DNA of 53,203 nt from Nanobdellati archaeon. GTDB lineage: Archaea; B1Sed10-29; JAGVWA01. The first letter of the stretch is position 1, and every line of letters begins with the position of its first letter. Positions 26,463 to 36,259 of this stretch are shown piece after piece. The notes below the pieces were generated by a model. The model was not told the origin of the DNA. It did not search any database and saw nothing but the letters and a program-made list of their open reading frames with translations. The position numbers and the translations under genes were made by a program. The DNA lies in the NCBI GenBank assembly GCA_018304505.1, contig JAGVWA010000018.1, positions 1 through 53,203 of the forward strand. Direction: 5' to 3'.

Positions 26463-26993
26463 ATGGCAGCAGCTAGCAAGTACATAATGCAGTCTTTCCA
26501 GAAATCAGTAAGCGGAAAGGACAAGGTGCTAAGGGACGCTTACAAAAGCAGATTAATCACATGGCGCAAGGAACACGTCGTCGAACGCATCGATGGCCCA
26601 ACAAACCCAGTCCGAGCCAGGTCATTGGGGTACAAGGCCAAGAAGGGCTTTGCAGTAGCCAGGGTAAGGATCCGAAAAGGCCGTTCAATGAAAACTCGTC
26701 CAAACAAGGGGCGCAGGCCAACAACGATGGGCGTAAAGAAACTTAAACTTAACAAGAGCACGCAGCAAACCGCAGAGGAGAAGGTGTCTCGAAAGTTTCC
26801 GAACCTTGAGATCCTCAACAGCTACATCGTAGGCGAAGATGGCGTTAGCAAGTTCTTCGAGGTAATCATGATCGACCCAACAAGGCCAGAGATTATGAAC
26901 GACAAGGACATAAGCTGGATCATAACAGAGACAAGAAGGGTCTTCAGGGGCAAAACCTCTGCAAGCAAAAAGACTCCAGGTAGACAAAAGTGA
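26463..26993 (+). CDS. rpl15e: Ribosomal protein L15e
   Basis: RLI.WR, PT...AR.LGYKAK.G, FPNLEILNSY.VGEDG..KFFEVI, RVFRGKTSA. Confidence 0.96.
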   Translation: MAAASKYIMQSFQKSVSGKDKVLRDAYKSRLITWRKEHVVERIDGPTNPVRARSLGYKAKKGFAVARVRIRKGRSMKTRPNKGRRPTTMGVKKLKLNKSTQQTAEEKVSRKFPNLEILNSYIVGEDGVSKFFEVIMIDPTRPEIMNDKDISWIITETRRVFRGKTSASKKTPGRQK

Positions 26994-27424
26994 GAAAGTT
27001 TAACTCCATAACCATAGAGCTGTTCGAATACCCGACAGAGCAACGTAGGTTAGTAGAACACGCTCTGAGCCACTTGTTTTCAAATATTGATTACAGCGCT
27101 GAAGAGAGCAGGATCGAAAGTTATTATGGCCCTGAAATAAAAAGAATTGAAGTAACTGTGAAAAAACAGCAGGAAATCACGGCGTTGTTAAGCAATTTAT
27201 TACTGAGCCTACCAGAAGCCGAGAAAAAACAGCTTGCTGCGGAAGCGAAAAAACGTATAGACCATGAGGGGGCTTTCCACTTCAGAATCAGCAAGCAGCA
27301 CCTTGTTGACGGGCAAGTACGGATTCTTGACTCTGGAGACATTGTGAAAATCAAGGTAAGGGCCGCCACATATCCAGCAAGCCCAGAGAAGGCATTACGA
27401 ATAATTGAGGAAGTGTTTAAATGA
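26990..27424 (+). CDS. RNA-binding protein (DUF54 family)
   Basis: TE...V..AL, YYG..I, FHFR.SKQ, GDIVKIKV; conserved position after rpl15e. Confidence 0.8.
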   Translation: MRKFNSITIELFEYPTEQRRLVEHALSHLFSNIDYSAEESRIESYYGPEIKRIEVTVKKQQEITALLSNLLLSLPEAEKKQLAAEAKKRIDHEGAFHFRISKQHLVDGQVRILDSGDIVKIKVRAATYPASPEKALRIIEEVFK

Positions 27425-27960
27425 CTGACTACTACGACCTGCTGGCGCCGGACCAGGAATTTGCGGAAAAACTCGGCTTTTCCAAAATTGACGTGAGCAA
27501 AATAAATTACATTGAGCCAAGGTCAGGAAATGACATAAAGCCCCAAAAGAACAAAATCAACATAATAAGGGGGGGTGACGAAAAAATAAATCAGGAGGCG
27601 GTACGGACACGGAACGTCCATGTCCTGCTTGATCCAGTAAACTGGGAATTTGGGAAGTTTGACACGGCCACAGCAAACATGGCCAAGAAAAATAACGTCG
27701 CGATTGGAATTTCTCATGCCACCTTTATTGAGGCAAAGGAATCGCAGCGCGTCAAGCTGATGTTGAATTTACAGCGCATGGTCAAGGTCACGAACAAGAT
27801 AAAGAACAGCATCGTAATCGTGTCAAATTCAAAGGGCAAGTATGGTATGCGAGCCCCACTCGACCTCGTTGGCATTGGCGCATTTATCGGATTGACTGAA
27901 AATCAAGCCAAATGGGCAATATCTGAAGTGCCAAAGTCAATTTTTGAGGTGAAAACATGA
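27421..27960 (+). CDS. rnp3: RNase P protein Rpp30
   Basis: GG..KIN..AV, AKKNNVAI, S.....Y.MRAP.DL; operon context. Confidence 0.85.
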   Translation: MTDYYDLLAPDQEFAEKLGFSKIDVSKINYIEPRSGNDIKPQKNKINIIRGGDEKINQEAVRTRNVHVLLDPVNWEFGKFDTATANMAKKNNVAIGISHATFIEAKESQRVKLMLNLQRMVKVTNKIKNSIVIVSNSKGKYGMRAPLDLVGIGAFIGLTENQAKWAISEVPKSIFEVKT

Positions 27961-28283
27961 AACCATATCCCCCGACCCTGATGGACAACGACCGGTACAT
28001 CCAGTTCACGGTCCACTCTGACAAAAAATTCAAACAGGCAGATGTCTGGAAAGCGATTTACAAGATAGCCAAGGAAAACATAGGCCTCAAGGGCATTGCA
28101 GATGCGAATCTGGCACTGATAGACTTCAATGAAACCGAGCAGAAAGGCTTAATAAGGACAAATACAAAAAGCATATATATAGTGAAAGGAGTAACAAGCA
28201 TGTTGGCCGAAATAGAGTCAACCCCGGCTTTTATCCAAACGTTACGTGTTACAGGCACAATAAAAAAATCTAGAGGTGTATAA
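27957..28283 (+). CDS. rnp2: RNase P protein Pop5
   Basis: PPTL....RYI.F, GLIR, TLRVTGTIKK. Confidence 0.88.
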   Translation: MKPYPPTLMDNDRYIQFTVHSDKKFKQADVWKAIYKIAKENIGLKGIADANLALIDFNETEQKGLIRTNTKSIYIVKGVTSMLAEIESTPAFIQTLRVTGTIKKSRGV

Positions 28284-29015
28284 ATGTATCCTGGAGCGGC
28301 AACGCAAGCATACGACCGAGCAATTACAATATTCTCCCCCGACGGACGACTTTTCCAAGTAGAGTACGCCAGGGTCGCGGTAAAGCGAGGAACAACCGCA
28401 GTCGGCATTGTCTATGGCGACGGGGTTCTTTTGGCTGCCGACAAAAACGTTACAAGCAAGCTCATGAAAGGAGAATCGATTGAAAAGATTTACAAGCTTG
28501 ATGCACACATAGGCGCAGCTACATCTGGTTTAGTGGCAGATGCACGCAGGCTAATTGATTTTGCAAGATACGAGGCTCAGGAAGAGCAAATCACGTACCA
28601 GGAGCCTATTGAAATTGAGACGCTGACAAAGCGGATATCAGACGTAAAACAGTACTACACCCAATGGGGAGGCGCAAGGCCATTCGGAGCCGCGCTCATC
28701 ATCGTCGGAGTAGATGACACGGGGCCAAGGCTGTTCGACACTGACCCCAGCGGGGCCATAGGTGAGTGGACTGCAGTTGCCATAGGCTCGGGAAAACAGG
28801 AAGCAGAAGAAGTGTTCGAAAAAGACTACAAGGAAAGCATGACACTGGAAGAGGCAATTGAATTAGCATTAAAAGCCCTAAAACAGGTTGGTGACAAGAA
28901 GGTCACTATTGACACAGTAGAAATGGCATATGTACCGGTGAAGACAAGAAAATACACGAAGCTGACAGAAAGCCAGCTATCGAAGTACATCGGCCCACAA
29001 AGCAAGAAAAAGTGA
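28284..29015 (+). CDS. psmA: Proteasome alpha subunit
   Basis: YDRAITIFSPDGRLFQVEYA, RPFG, TDPSG. Confidence 0.98.
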   Translation: MYPGAATQAYDRAITIFSPDGRLFQVEYARVAVKRGTTAVGIVYGDGVLLAADKNVTSKLMKGESIEKIYKLDAHIGAATSGLVADARRLIDFARYEAQEEQITYQEPIEIETLTKRISDVKQYYTQWGGARPFGAALIIVGVDDTGPRLFDTDPSGAIGEWTAVAIGSGKQEAEEVFEKDYKESMTLEEAIELALKALKQVGDKKVTIDTVEMAYVPVKTRKYTKLTESQLSKYIGPQSKKK

Positions 29016-29022
29016 GTAAAAA

Positions 29023-29724
29023 ATGATTCCATTAGAAGACGCCGTGATAGCACGATACAGCCACAGCGGATCGCACTTTGAGGTTCTGGTTGGCCCAGAT
29101 GCAGCCCAGGAGATCAAGAAAAAAGGGAGCATATCCGACCTAGACGCTTGTTTTGCATCAGGTGAAGTCTTTAGCGACTCAAACAAGGGGATGCGCGCTG
29201 CCGAAAGCGACATAAATCGGGTATTCGGAACAATTGACTTTTCAGAAATCGCAATACGGATACTGCAAAAAGGCGAGATCCAGCTAACAACCGACCAAAG
29301 AAGAAAGATGCTGCATAACAAAAAACAGCAGATCATTACACGCATAAGCCGCTTTGCAGTCGACCCGAGAACACACACGCCACATCCACCGCTAAGGATT
29401 GAAAAAGCAATAGACGAAGCTAAGGTGCACATTGACCCATTCAAGACCGCTGAAGAACAGGTTGAGGGAATCATAAAGCTGCTGAAACCAATACTCCCGA
29501 TAAGCATGGAAGTCAGCCAGGTAATGCTTAGAATACCAACGGAATTCACTGGGCGTGCGTACAGCGTTCTCAGGGAGCACAAGACCATCAAGGAAGAGTG
29601 GCAGAACGACGGCTCACTAAAAGCGGTTATCGAACTTCCAGCGGGCTTGCAAGGAGAATTTTTTGACAAATTGAACAAAGCAACACAAGGAAACGTGCAA
29701 AGCGAAGTCGTTCCAACGCGCTAA
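29023..29724 (+). CDS. sdo1: Ribosome maturation protein SBDS/Sdo1
   Basis: FEVLV, FGT.D, KGEIQLT.DQR, PHPP.RIE.A. Confidence 0.95.
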   Translation: MIPLEDAVIARYSHSGSHFEVLVGPDAAQEIKKKGSISDLDACFASGEVFSDSNKGMRAAESDINRVFGTIDFSEIAIRILQKGEIQLTTDQRRKMLHNKKQQIITRISRFAVDPRTHTPHPPLRIEKAIDEAKVHIDPFKTAEEQVEGIIKLLKPILPISMEVSQVMLRIPTEFTGRAYSVLREHKTIKEEWQNDGSLKAVIELPAGLQGEFFDKLNKATQGNVQSEVVPTR

Positions 29725-29818
29725 GAACATTAAAACACGATAAATAAAAACAAACATAAAAAAACAGGATACGAAATCAGAATATTTAAATCAAGAATCA
29801 CAAAGGAGAAATGAAATT

Positions 29819-30409
29819 ATGAAAACAATTGTAGTTCCGGGGGAGAAACTATCCTCGGAGACAAGATTCAATACATATAAAGACAATGGCGAAACATTCT
29901 CGCTCGTCTGCGGAGTTTTCAGTGAAAACGACAAGGGCGGAAAAATCGTCCCAATAAAAGAAAAGTACATCCCAAAGATAGATGACCAAATTATCGGCGT
30001 CGTCAGCGAACCAAAATACGGGGGGGCTGTCATAGACATAAACTCGCCGTACAGCGCTTTTTTGCCTACAAAACGGGAGTATAAGCACTACGAGATCATC
30101 AGCGCATCAGTAATGGAAGTTGACGAGACCAATAATCCAAAACTTGGTTATGAAAAACTGCTCACGGGCGGGGAGGTCATTAGCGTGGCCCCTGAAAAAA
30201 TTCCGAGGATCATTGGCAAGAATAATTCCATGATCGACGCCATACGCAACGGAACAGGCTGCATGATCATGGTCGGCCGCAACGGCAGGATCTTCATAGC
30301 AAACGGGGACATCGAAAAGGCAAAGCAAACCATAAAGAGGGTTGAAAAAGAAGCGCACAAGTCAGGTTTAACAGATGAAATAACAAAATTTTTAGGTGAA
30401 AAACAATGA
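29819..30409 (+). CDS. rrp4: Exosome RNA-binding subunit Rrp4
   Basis: VVPGE, YIP..DD.IIG, DINSPY, IPRIIGK..SMI, VG.NGRI, EAH.SGLT. Confidence 0.93.
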   Translation: MKTIVVPGEKLSSETRFNTYKDNGETFSLVCGVFSENDKGGKIVPIKEKYIPKIDDQIIGVVSEPKYGGAVIDINSPYSAFLPTKREYKHYEIISASVMEVDETNNPKLGYEKLLTGGEVISVAPEKIPRIIGKNNSMIDAIRNGTGCMIMVGRNGRIFIANGDIEKAKQTIKRVEKEAHKSGLTDEITKFLGEKQ

Positions 30410-31137
30410 GTAGCAACACAGATGTACAATTGATAAAAAACGGAAAAAGGTTGAGCGGAAGAAAGCTCGAAGACTTAAGGGAAATAAAAATACAGCCAGG
30501 GGTGCTGGACAACGCGGACGGCTCATGCTATCTGGAATGGGGTAACAACAAGGTCATCGCCGCTGTGTATGGCCCAAAGGAAGCCATGCCACGGCACACG
30601 CAAAACCCGCTAAAGGCGGTCATGAATTACAAATACAACATGGCGCCGTTTTCTGTAGAAGACAGGAAACGCCCAGGCCCGGACAGGCGGTCAACGGAAA
30701 TTTCAAAGATCTCAGGGGCGGCCCTTTCAAAGGTGGTCCTCCTGGAGAAATTTCCAAACATGCAAATCGACGTGTTCGTTGATGTGCTGCAAGCAGACGC
30801 AGGGACGCGATGCGCCGCACTAAGCGCAGCTTCTGTTGCGTTGGCAGACGCAGGCATTCCAATGACAAGTTTGATAGCCTGCTGCGCTGCTGGAAAAATC
30901 GATAACAAGGTAGTTGTAGACCTGGACAAGCCTGAGGACAACCACGGCCAGGCTGACGTGCCGATGGCAGTGATTCCTAGGACAGAAGAAATCGTGCTTC
31001 TGCAGATGGACGGGCACCTAACGGCAGATGAATTCAAAACCGCGATGAGGATGGCCATTGACGGCTCCAAGAAAGTTAATGAAATACAAATACAGGCACT
31101 AAAAGAAAAATATCAAGGTGAATTAAATGGAGACTAG
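30406..31137 (+). CDS. rrp41: Exosome subunit Rrp41
   Basis: ADGS, VYGP, Y.MAPFS, DRRSTEISK, DAGTR, LQMDG. Confidence 0.96.
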   Translation: MSSNTDVQLIKNGKRLSGRKLEDLREIKIQPGVLDNADGSCYLEWGNNKVIAAVYGPKEAMPRHTQNPLKAVMNYKYNMAPFSVEDRKRPGPDRRSTEISKISGAALSKVVLLEKFPNMQIDVFVDVLQADAGTRCAALSAASVALADAGIPMTSLIACCAAGKIDNKVVVDLDKPEDNHGQADVPMAVIPRTEEIVLLQMDGHLTADEFKTAMRMAIDGSKKVNEIQIQALKEKYQGELNGD

Positions 31138-31918
31138 CGAAGTATTATTAGCATTGCAAAAGCCCCGATTATATGAACTCGCAGCAGCGGGGGCGCGAAT
31201 CGATGGGCGCAAACCCGATGAATACAGGCAGATAACAATAGATGAGAATTTCATCGCCTTTACAGCAGAAGGCAGCTGCAGGCTCAGAATGGGCAACACC
31301 GACCTCATAGCAGGCGTGAAACTCACTACCGGCACCCCGTTTCCGGACACGCCAGAAGAGGGGGTCCTGATGACTGGCGCAGAACTGCCGCCATTGGCGT
31401 CATCTGAATTCTCGTTTGGCCCGCCAAGCCCGTTCGCCATAGAAACAGCGAGGGTCATAGACAGGGGCATTAGGGAATCCAAAATGCTCGACGTTAAAAA
31501 ACTCGTGATAGAACCAAAAGAATCGGTGTGGATCGTAAACATCGACATACAAGCCCTAAACTACGACGGCAACTTGATAGACGCAGGCCAGTTGGCTGCA
31601 GTGAAAGCTTTATTAAGCACAAAAATACCCAAATATGAAGATGGCAAGATTATTAGAGAAGAGTCATCTGGCAACCTGCCAACACAAGACAAGCCCATAT
31701 CGACAACCTTTGCCCAAGTCAACAAGCACAACTTCTTGGACCCAAAGTTCGAGGAAGAGCGCCTTGCAGATGCCCTCCTAACAATACAGAGCACAGAAAA
31801 AGGCGCGCTCTGCGCAATGCAAAAACAGGGCACTGGGTCATTCATGCCAAAGGAAGTCGAGGGCCTTGTTGAAGAGTCAATCAAAAAGGGTAAGGAAATC
31901 AGGAAAAAATTCCTATAA
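31127..31918 (+). CDS. rrp42: Exosome subunit Rrp42
   Basis: RIDGR, AEGS, PFPDTP..G, ARVIDRGIRES, YDGNLIDA. Confidence 0.95.
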   Translation: METSEVLLALQKPRLYELAAAGARIDGRKPDEYRQITIDENFIAFTAEGSCRLRMGNTDLIAGVKLTTGTPFPDTPEEGVLMTGAELPPLASSEFSFGPPSPFAIETARVIDRGIRESKMLDVKKLVIEPKESVWIVNIDIQALNYDGNLIDAGQLAAVKALLSTKIPKYEDGKIIREESSGNLPTQDKPISTTFAQVNKHNFLDPKFEEERLADALLTIQSTEKGALCAMQKQGTGSFMPKEVEGLVEESIKKGKEIRKKFL

Positions 31919-31945
31919 CCAAAATGATTAACCAACGTGATTAAA

Positions 31946-32227
31946 ATGGCAAGAAAAAAAACGAAATTGGGAAGCGCAAGCCGCTATGGCCCGCGATATG
32001 GGTCGCCTCTAAAACACCAGGTCAGGAAAATTGAGGAAGTGCAAAGGAGACCGCAGCAGTGTCCCCAATGCGGCCGCAAATCACTGCATAGGCAAAGCAA
32101 CTCAGTTTGGGCATGCCGAAAATGCAATGCTGTTACAGCCGGCGGGGCATACGCACCAACAACCACAATCGGTATTGCAGCCAAGAGGATAGTAACAAAA
32201 ACAGGCCTAAAAGAAGTGGGTGAGTAA
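31946..32227 (+). CDS. rpl37ae: Ribosomal protein L37ae (eL43)
   Basis: RYGPRYG, CPQC...W.C.KC, GGAY.P. Confidence 0.94.
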   Translation: MARKKTKLGSASRYGPRYGSPLKHQVRKIEEVQRRPQQCPQCGRKSLHRQSNSVWACRKCNAVTAGGAYAPTTTIGIAAKRIVTKTGLKEVGE

Positions 32228-32231
32228 CAAC

Positions 32232-32357
32232 ATGTGGATATGCATAAAGTGTAACAAAAAAATCACGTCAGCAGAAATAATAAAGTGCCCAAGTTGCGGC
32301 TACAGGCTGTTCAGAAAAGAAAGGCCCCCGTTCGTAAAAAACGTCCAAGCAGTATAA
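32232..32357 (+). CDS. rpoP: RNA polymerase subunit P (Rpo12), not in ORF track
   Basis: MWICIKCNKKITSAEIIKCPSCGYRLFRKERPPFVKNVQAV; position after rpl37ae. Confidence 0.92.
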   Translation: MWICIKCNKKITSAEIIKCPSCGYRLFRKERPPFVKNVQAV

Positions 32358-32358
32358 C

Positions 32359-32823
32359 ATGACACTAATAACAACCAGCAGAAAGCCAGTGCAGAACACC
32401 CGCACTTTTTCAAAAGCCCTCGGCGCACTGCTGCCGATGAGCGAATACAAGGCCCGTGGCAAATCTGCACTTGAAACAATAATCGAATACGCAGGCAGCA
32501 GGGGCCATGGCACCGTCATCATAATAGAAGAAAAAAACGGCAATCCAAAATCAATCAGGTCACTGAAAATCCACAACCATGAATGGGACTGGCAGCCACG
32601 ATATCTTGAAATCCTCGGCTACCGACTCGTCAAAAAATCTGGACCAGTAAAAGATATTGAAGTATTGGGCAGCAGCACAGACGCCATAACCGAGCTGTTC
32701 GGCATAGAATCAACAGACGCAGTTGAAGTTTCACTTAAAGCTGAAGATAATGAGCTAGTGTTTGCCAAGAATGATGAACAATTAATGAAGGTACGCATAA
32801 AAATACAAAAAATGGAGGTATAA
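32359..32823 (+). CDS. Brix-domain ribosome biogenesis protein
   Basis: LITTSRKP..TR.F.K.L, RGK, IEEKNGNP. Confidence 0.88.
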   Translation: MTLITTSRKPVQNTRTFSKALGALLPMSEYKARGKSALETIIEYAGSRGHGTVIIIEEKNGNPKSIRSLKIHNHEWDWQPRYLEILGYRLVKKSGPVKDIEVLGSSTDAITELFGIESTDAVEVSLKAEDNELVFAKNDEQLMKVRIKIQKMEV

Positions 32824-32825
32824 CC

Positions 32826-33191
32826 ATGGCAGAGCAAAAACAAAAGGCGGAAGGACAAAGCGCAGCAGACATTACAAAGAAACTATCAGAAATGCAAGCA
32901 CAACAGCGGCAGCTGCAAGTAACGTCAATGCAACGACAGCAATCTGAATACGAGTTCGTCCAAACAGAATCAGCAATCGCCGCACTTGAAACTTCAACTG
33001 GTACGGCTTACAAAGCAATTGGATCTATCATAGTAGAGGGAAAACCAGAAGACATAAAGCAAGAACTGTGGAACAGGAAAGAAACCGTGCAGGTCCGGAT
33101 AGAGTCGTTTAAAAAACAGGAAGAGCGGCTAAAGAAAAGCATCGATGAGCAACAGGCTGAATTGCAAAAGTTCCTTGAAAGATCAAAATGA
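32826..33191 (+). CDS. pfdB: Prefoldin beta subunit
   Basis: Coiled coils around YKAIGSIIV; operon context. Confidence 0.9.
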   Translation: MAEQKQKAEGQSAADITKKLSEMQAQQRQLQVTSMQRQQSEYEFVQTESAIAALETSTGTAYKAIGSIIVEGKPEDIKQELWNRKETVQVRIESFKKQEERLKKSIDEQQAELQKFLERSK

Positions 33192-33255
33192 TGCGACAAA
33201 AAGCAAAAAGCAAAACTTTAAAAAGCATCATTGCCTTATCCACACAGGTGGGAAA

Positions 33256-33492
33256 ATGAACCGAGTAAGCGACATATACGGAAGGCGGATATACAACCAA
33301 AATTCAGAGTTCGTTGGCACAGCCAAGGACCTGCTAATTGAACCTGAAACAGGAAACATAAAATACCTATTAAAGGCAGAGGCCGAGTCGATATTCGGAA
33401 GAGATGCCAAGGAAGCAAAGAACTTCGCCCGCGAAAACTTCATCCCATTCACGAAGATAATCGCTATCAGCGACATAATCATAATCAAATAA
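33256..33492 (+). CDS. PRC-barrel protein (CdpB-like)
   Basis: SDIYG..IY....FVG...DL.I, IPF.KI.AI.DIII; GGTGG SD. Confidence 0.85.
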   Translation: MNRVSDIYGRRIYNQNSEFVGTAKDLLIEPETGNIKYLLKAEAESIFGRDAKEAKNFARENFIPFTKIIAISDIIIIK

Positions 33493-33508
33493 CGTACACA
33501 CTTGGTAG

Positions 33509-33763
33509 ATGCACATGACAACACCCGTTTTAGGAAGCAAACTGCGACAGAAACGAGTCATTTCAGACAATGGCCTGGACATAGGATACGTCCTAGACGC
33601 TGAATTTGACGCAAGCCAGGCTAAACTGACCGCAATACTCATAAAACCAGAACATGAAACAAAGGAAATAAAGGAGTACGTAAATGAGGACCATGTGCTC
33701 AAGATCCCATATGAAAGGGTGTCTGCAATTGGCAGGCACGTTATAGTCAAGTTCCCGTTTTAA
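33509..33763 (+). CDS. PRC-barrel protein (CdpB-like)
   Basis: K.VIS..G..IG.V.D, IPYERV.AIG..VIV. Confidence 0.87.
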   Translation: MHMTTPVLGSKLRQKRVISDNGLDIGYVLDAEFDASQAKLTAILIKPEHETKEIKEYVNEDHVLKIPYERVSAIGRHVIVKFPF

Positions 33764-33929
33764 GGCAAGTAAGAAATGGGCAAATGTCCAATATATACCA
33801 CATAAACTGGCCATGTTGCATGGGTATTGGCCATTTCACCCCTCAAACTGGCCATTATTTGGCTGCCGCAACCTGATTTTAACCTGATTAGCCAAATCGA
33901 AAGCTTTATATATGAGATGTTTCATAAAA

Positions 33930-34043
33930 TGATATGCCGCGAATTTTCTGGAGAGGATAGGGACACGTACTGTTTATATCCATTGGCTGGGTGAGTTCAT
34001 TCTCCTCCTCTCCAACCCCACTTCATATTAGCCCTAATTTTTT
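33930..34043 (+). ncRNA. Candidate small non-coding RNA
   Basis: TTTATATA at 33905-33912; TGGAGAGGA/TCCTCTCCA stem (33949-34014); T6 tract; no long ORF. Confidence 0.3.
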
Positions 34044-34130
34044 GGTTTAAAATCACAAAAGCGATAGCAGTAAAATTAAAAAACAAAACCACTAACAGAC
34101 ACAACACGCCAAAAATAAGCTCAAAGGTAA

Positions 34131-35039
34131 TTAAGCATTAGGGATGTCAAGGCCCAGCCGATCTTTGAGTTCCCTGTATCTGTTTCTAATAGTTACTTCT
34201 GTCACGCCAGCAATGTCAGCTACCTCTTTCTGCGTTTTGCGTTCGCCCATTAAAACACCCGCGATGTAGACTGCAGCTGCCGCCACGCCAGTTGGCCCCC
34301 GACCTGAAATCAAGCCCTGTTTTATGGCCTTGTCGAGAATCGTGGTGGCCTTCTCTTGAACCTGCCCTGACAAGCCAAGTTCAGATGCAAAGCGGGGGAT
34401 GTAATGAATTGGATCCGTCAAGGGCATTGAAATTCCAAGATCGCGTTTCAGGAATCGGTATGTTCTGCCTATGTCCTTCTTGTTGGCTCCAGAGACTTCG
34501 GCGATCTCGTCTAATGTCCGTGGAACATTGTATTGCCTGCATGTGGTATATAACACAGCGGCAACAACGTGCTCAATCAGCCTGCCCCTAATCAGGCCTT
34601 TTTCAACAGCCTTTCTATACAAAAGGGCACTGGATTCCCGAATGTTGCTTGGCAAGGACAGCATTGAAGAAGTCCGCTCTAGTTCCGCAAGCGCAATGCT
34701 GAGGTTTCGCTCCATGCTAGAGCTTATCGACGTGCGCTTGTGCCATCGCCTGAGCTTGTACATCTGGCTCTTTTGCTGTGCGCTTATCGGGACACCGCGG
34801 ATGTCCTTATTGAACGCGTCAATTTCAGTGGAAAGGCCTTTGTTGGCCCTTGTGAGCTTTATCGGGGCCCCTGTCCTGGCCCTTTTGGCTGATTGATCTG
34901 AGTCGAAGGCACGCCATTCCTGCCCAGGGTCTACGATCTGCTCGTCTATAACTAAGCCGCATTGGTTGCAAACAACCTCTGCCCGAGTATAATCATGCGA
35001 AAGGCTCACCGAGCCACAGTCTGAACACTTATCTGCCAT
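34131..35039 (-). CDS. tfb: Transcription initiation factor IIB
   Basis: Zn ribbon, EWRAF, ERNL..AL.E, GR.P.G.AAA, VTEVTIRNRY. Confidence 0.98.
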   Translation of the reverse strand: MADKCSDCGSVSLSHDYTRAEVVCNQCGLVIDEQIVDPGQEWRAFDSDQSAKRARTGAPIKLTRANKGLSTEIDAFNKDIRGVPISAQQKSQMYKLRRWHKRTSISSSMERNLSIALAELERTSSMLSLPSNIRESSALLYRKAVEKGLIRGRLIEHVVAAVLYTTCRQYNVPRTLDEIAEVSGANKKDIGRTYRFLKRDLGISMPLTDPIHYIPRFASELGLSGQVQEKATTILDKAIKQGLISGRGPTGVAAAAVYIAGVLMGERKTQKEVADIAGVTEVTIRNRYRELKDRLGLDIPNA

Positions 35040-35058
35040 AATGCTTCAACTCAAGATT

Positions 35059-35271
35059 TCATCCGTAAAGGTCCTTGCCGTAAAATGGCTCTGGTGCTTT
35101 TTTCGGGCTGATCAATAAGTATGGCCCCATTGTCGGGCCGAAATAATCGATAACCGTGCCTACAAATGCGCCTTCTTCGTCATAGATCTTGGCGCCGATT
35201 TTTACAAGCTTCTCTGTCTTGAGCACCAGCTTGCCTTCGTTAATGCTTTTAACAACGCCCAGCTTCTTCAT
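35059..35271 (-). CDS. gar1: H/ACA RNP protein Gar1
   Basis: LG.V, VG.VIDYFGP...PY; directly upstream of tfb (conserved pairing). Confidence 0.88.
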   Translation of the reverse strand: MKKLGVVKSINEGKLVLKTEKLVKIGAKIYDEEGAFVGTVIDYFGPTMGPYLLISPKKAPEPFYGKDLYG

Positions 35272-35389
35272 GTATAAACCCCCCACTCAGCATGTGTTTT
35301 TTTGTCAAGAACTAGTTAGGTATTTATACTTCTTTGATTTCTTATATATAAAGCTTTTGGTATCCATACGTTGATTGCCGTAAATTGGG

Positions 35390-35560
35390 CTATGAGACAA
35401 TGCCAGTTACAGCAGAGTAAAGCCCTTCTACCGACGTTGGGAAAATGAATTGCAGGCCGAGCATTGGCAGCGCGTACAGGACAAGCATTAGCGCGATGGC
35501 GATCCAGAACGCCCAGGCTTCCTGTACAGTTAATCCGGTTATCTTGTCGATTTTCGTCAT
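35390..35560 (-). CDS. 56-aa membrane protein (not in ORF track)
   Basis: MTKIDKITGLTVQEAWAFWIAIALMLVLYALPMLGLQFIFPTSVEGLYSAVTGIVS; TTTATATA and AGGA upstream. Confidence 0.6.
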   Translation of the reverse strand: MTKIDKITGLTVQEAWAFWIAIALMLVLYALPMLGLQFIFPTSVEGLYSAVTGIVS

Positions 35561-35685
35561 TATTTTTCCTAACTCGGTTTCGCTATATAAATGTTGGTAT
35601 TGATGTTTCTAAGCAGTTAAGCTGGTAATCATTTATATACCCCAAAAAATGTATCTAATGAAGCAAATTAAGCAATTTTTGTCAA

Positions 35686-35811
35686 GCCGAGGTCGCATAG
35701 ACTGCAAAGGAGCAGGGCTCTTTGAATCTGCACCTTGCAGGTGCAGCGGTATTGCGCTGGTCTTGAAAACCAGTCCCTCTGGGATCGTGGGTTCAAATCC
35801 CACCCTCGGCG
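35686..35811 (+). tRNA. tRNA-Ser(UGA) with 46-nt intron at 15/16 (35701-35746)
   Basis: GCCGAGG/CCTCGGC plus G73; CTGGT-CTTGAAA-ACCAG; long variable arm; BHB helix GCAT/GTGC with AG|A and AG|C bulges. Confidence 0.92.
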
Positions 35812-35814
35812 CTC

Positions 35815-36225
35815 TCACTTTTTTCTAACTTCCTTTTTCTTGAAATCAAGCGCGGCGCTGTTGATGCAGTACCGCAAGCCCGTAGGCTGTGGCCCGTCGT
35901 TAAAAACGTGCCCCAGGTGGCCTTGGCACTTGCTGCACAGCACTTCTGTGCGCGCCATGAGCATTGCATTATCCGATTTTGTGTCAACGCTATCTGCCTT
36001 TGCTGGTTTGTAGAAACTCGGCCACCCGGTGTAAGACTCGAATTTTGTTTCAGAAGAGAAGAGTTCCGCGCCGCAGGCTGCGCAAACATACATCCCGTTG
36101 TCCTTTTTGTTCCAGTACCTTCCAGTAAATGGAACTTCAGTGCCATTTTCCCGCAGGATCTGGTATTGCTCTGGCGTTAGGCAGGTTTTCCATTCCTGCT
36201 CTGTCTTCTTTACAGCCGTTTTCAT
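35815..36225 (-). CDS. msrB: Methionine-R-sulfoxide reductase
   Basis: GTE.PF, CAACG, GWPSF, HLGHVF.DGP, RYCINS. Confidence 0.97.
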   Translation of the reverse strand: MKTAVKKTEQEWKTCLTPEQYQILRENGTEVPFTGRYWNKKDNGMYVCAACGAELFSSETKFESYTGWPSFYKPAKADSVDTKSDNAMLMARTEVLCSKCQGHLGHVFNDGPQPTGLRYCINSAALDFKKKEVRKK

Positions 36226-36259
36226 AACCCTTAATATACCAAAGCTACATAAATACTTT

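Noticed and set aside
33764-34130. Replication origin
   Set aside because: No ORB-like motif with G-string and no cdc6/orc1 nearby.
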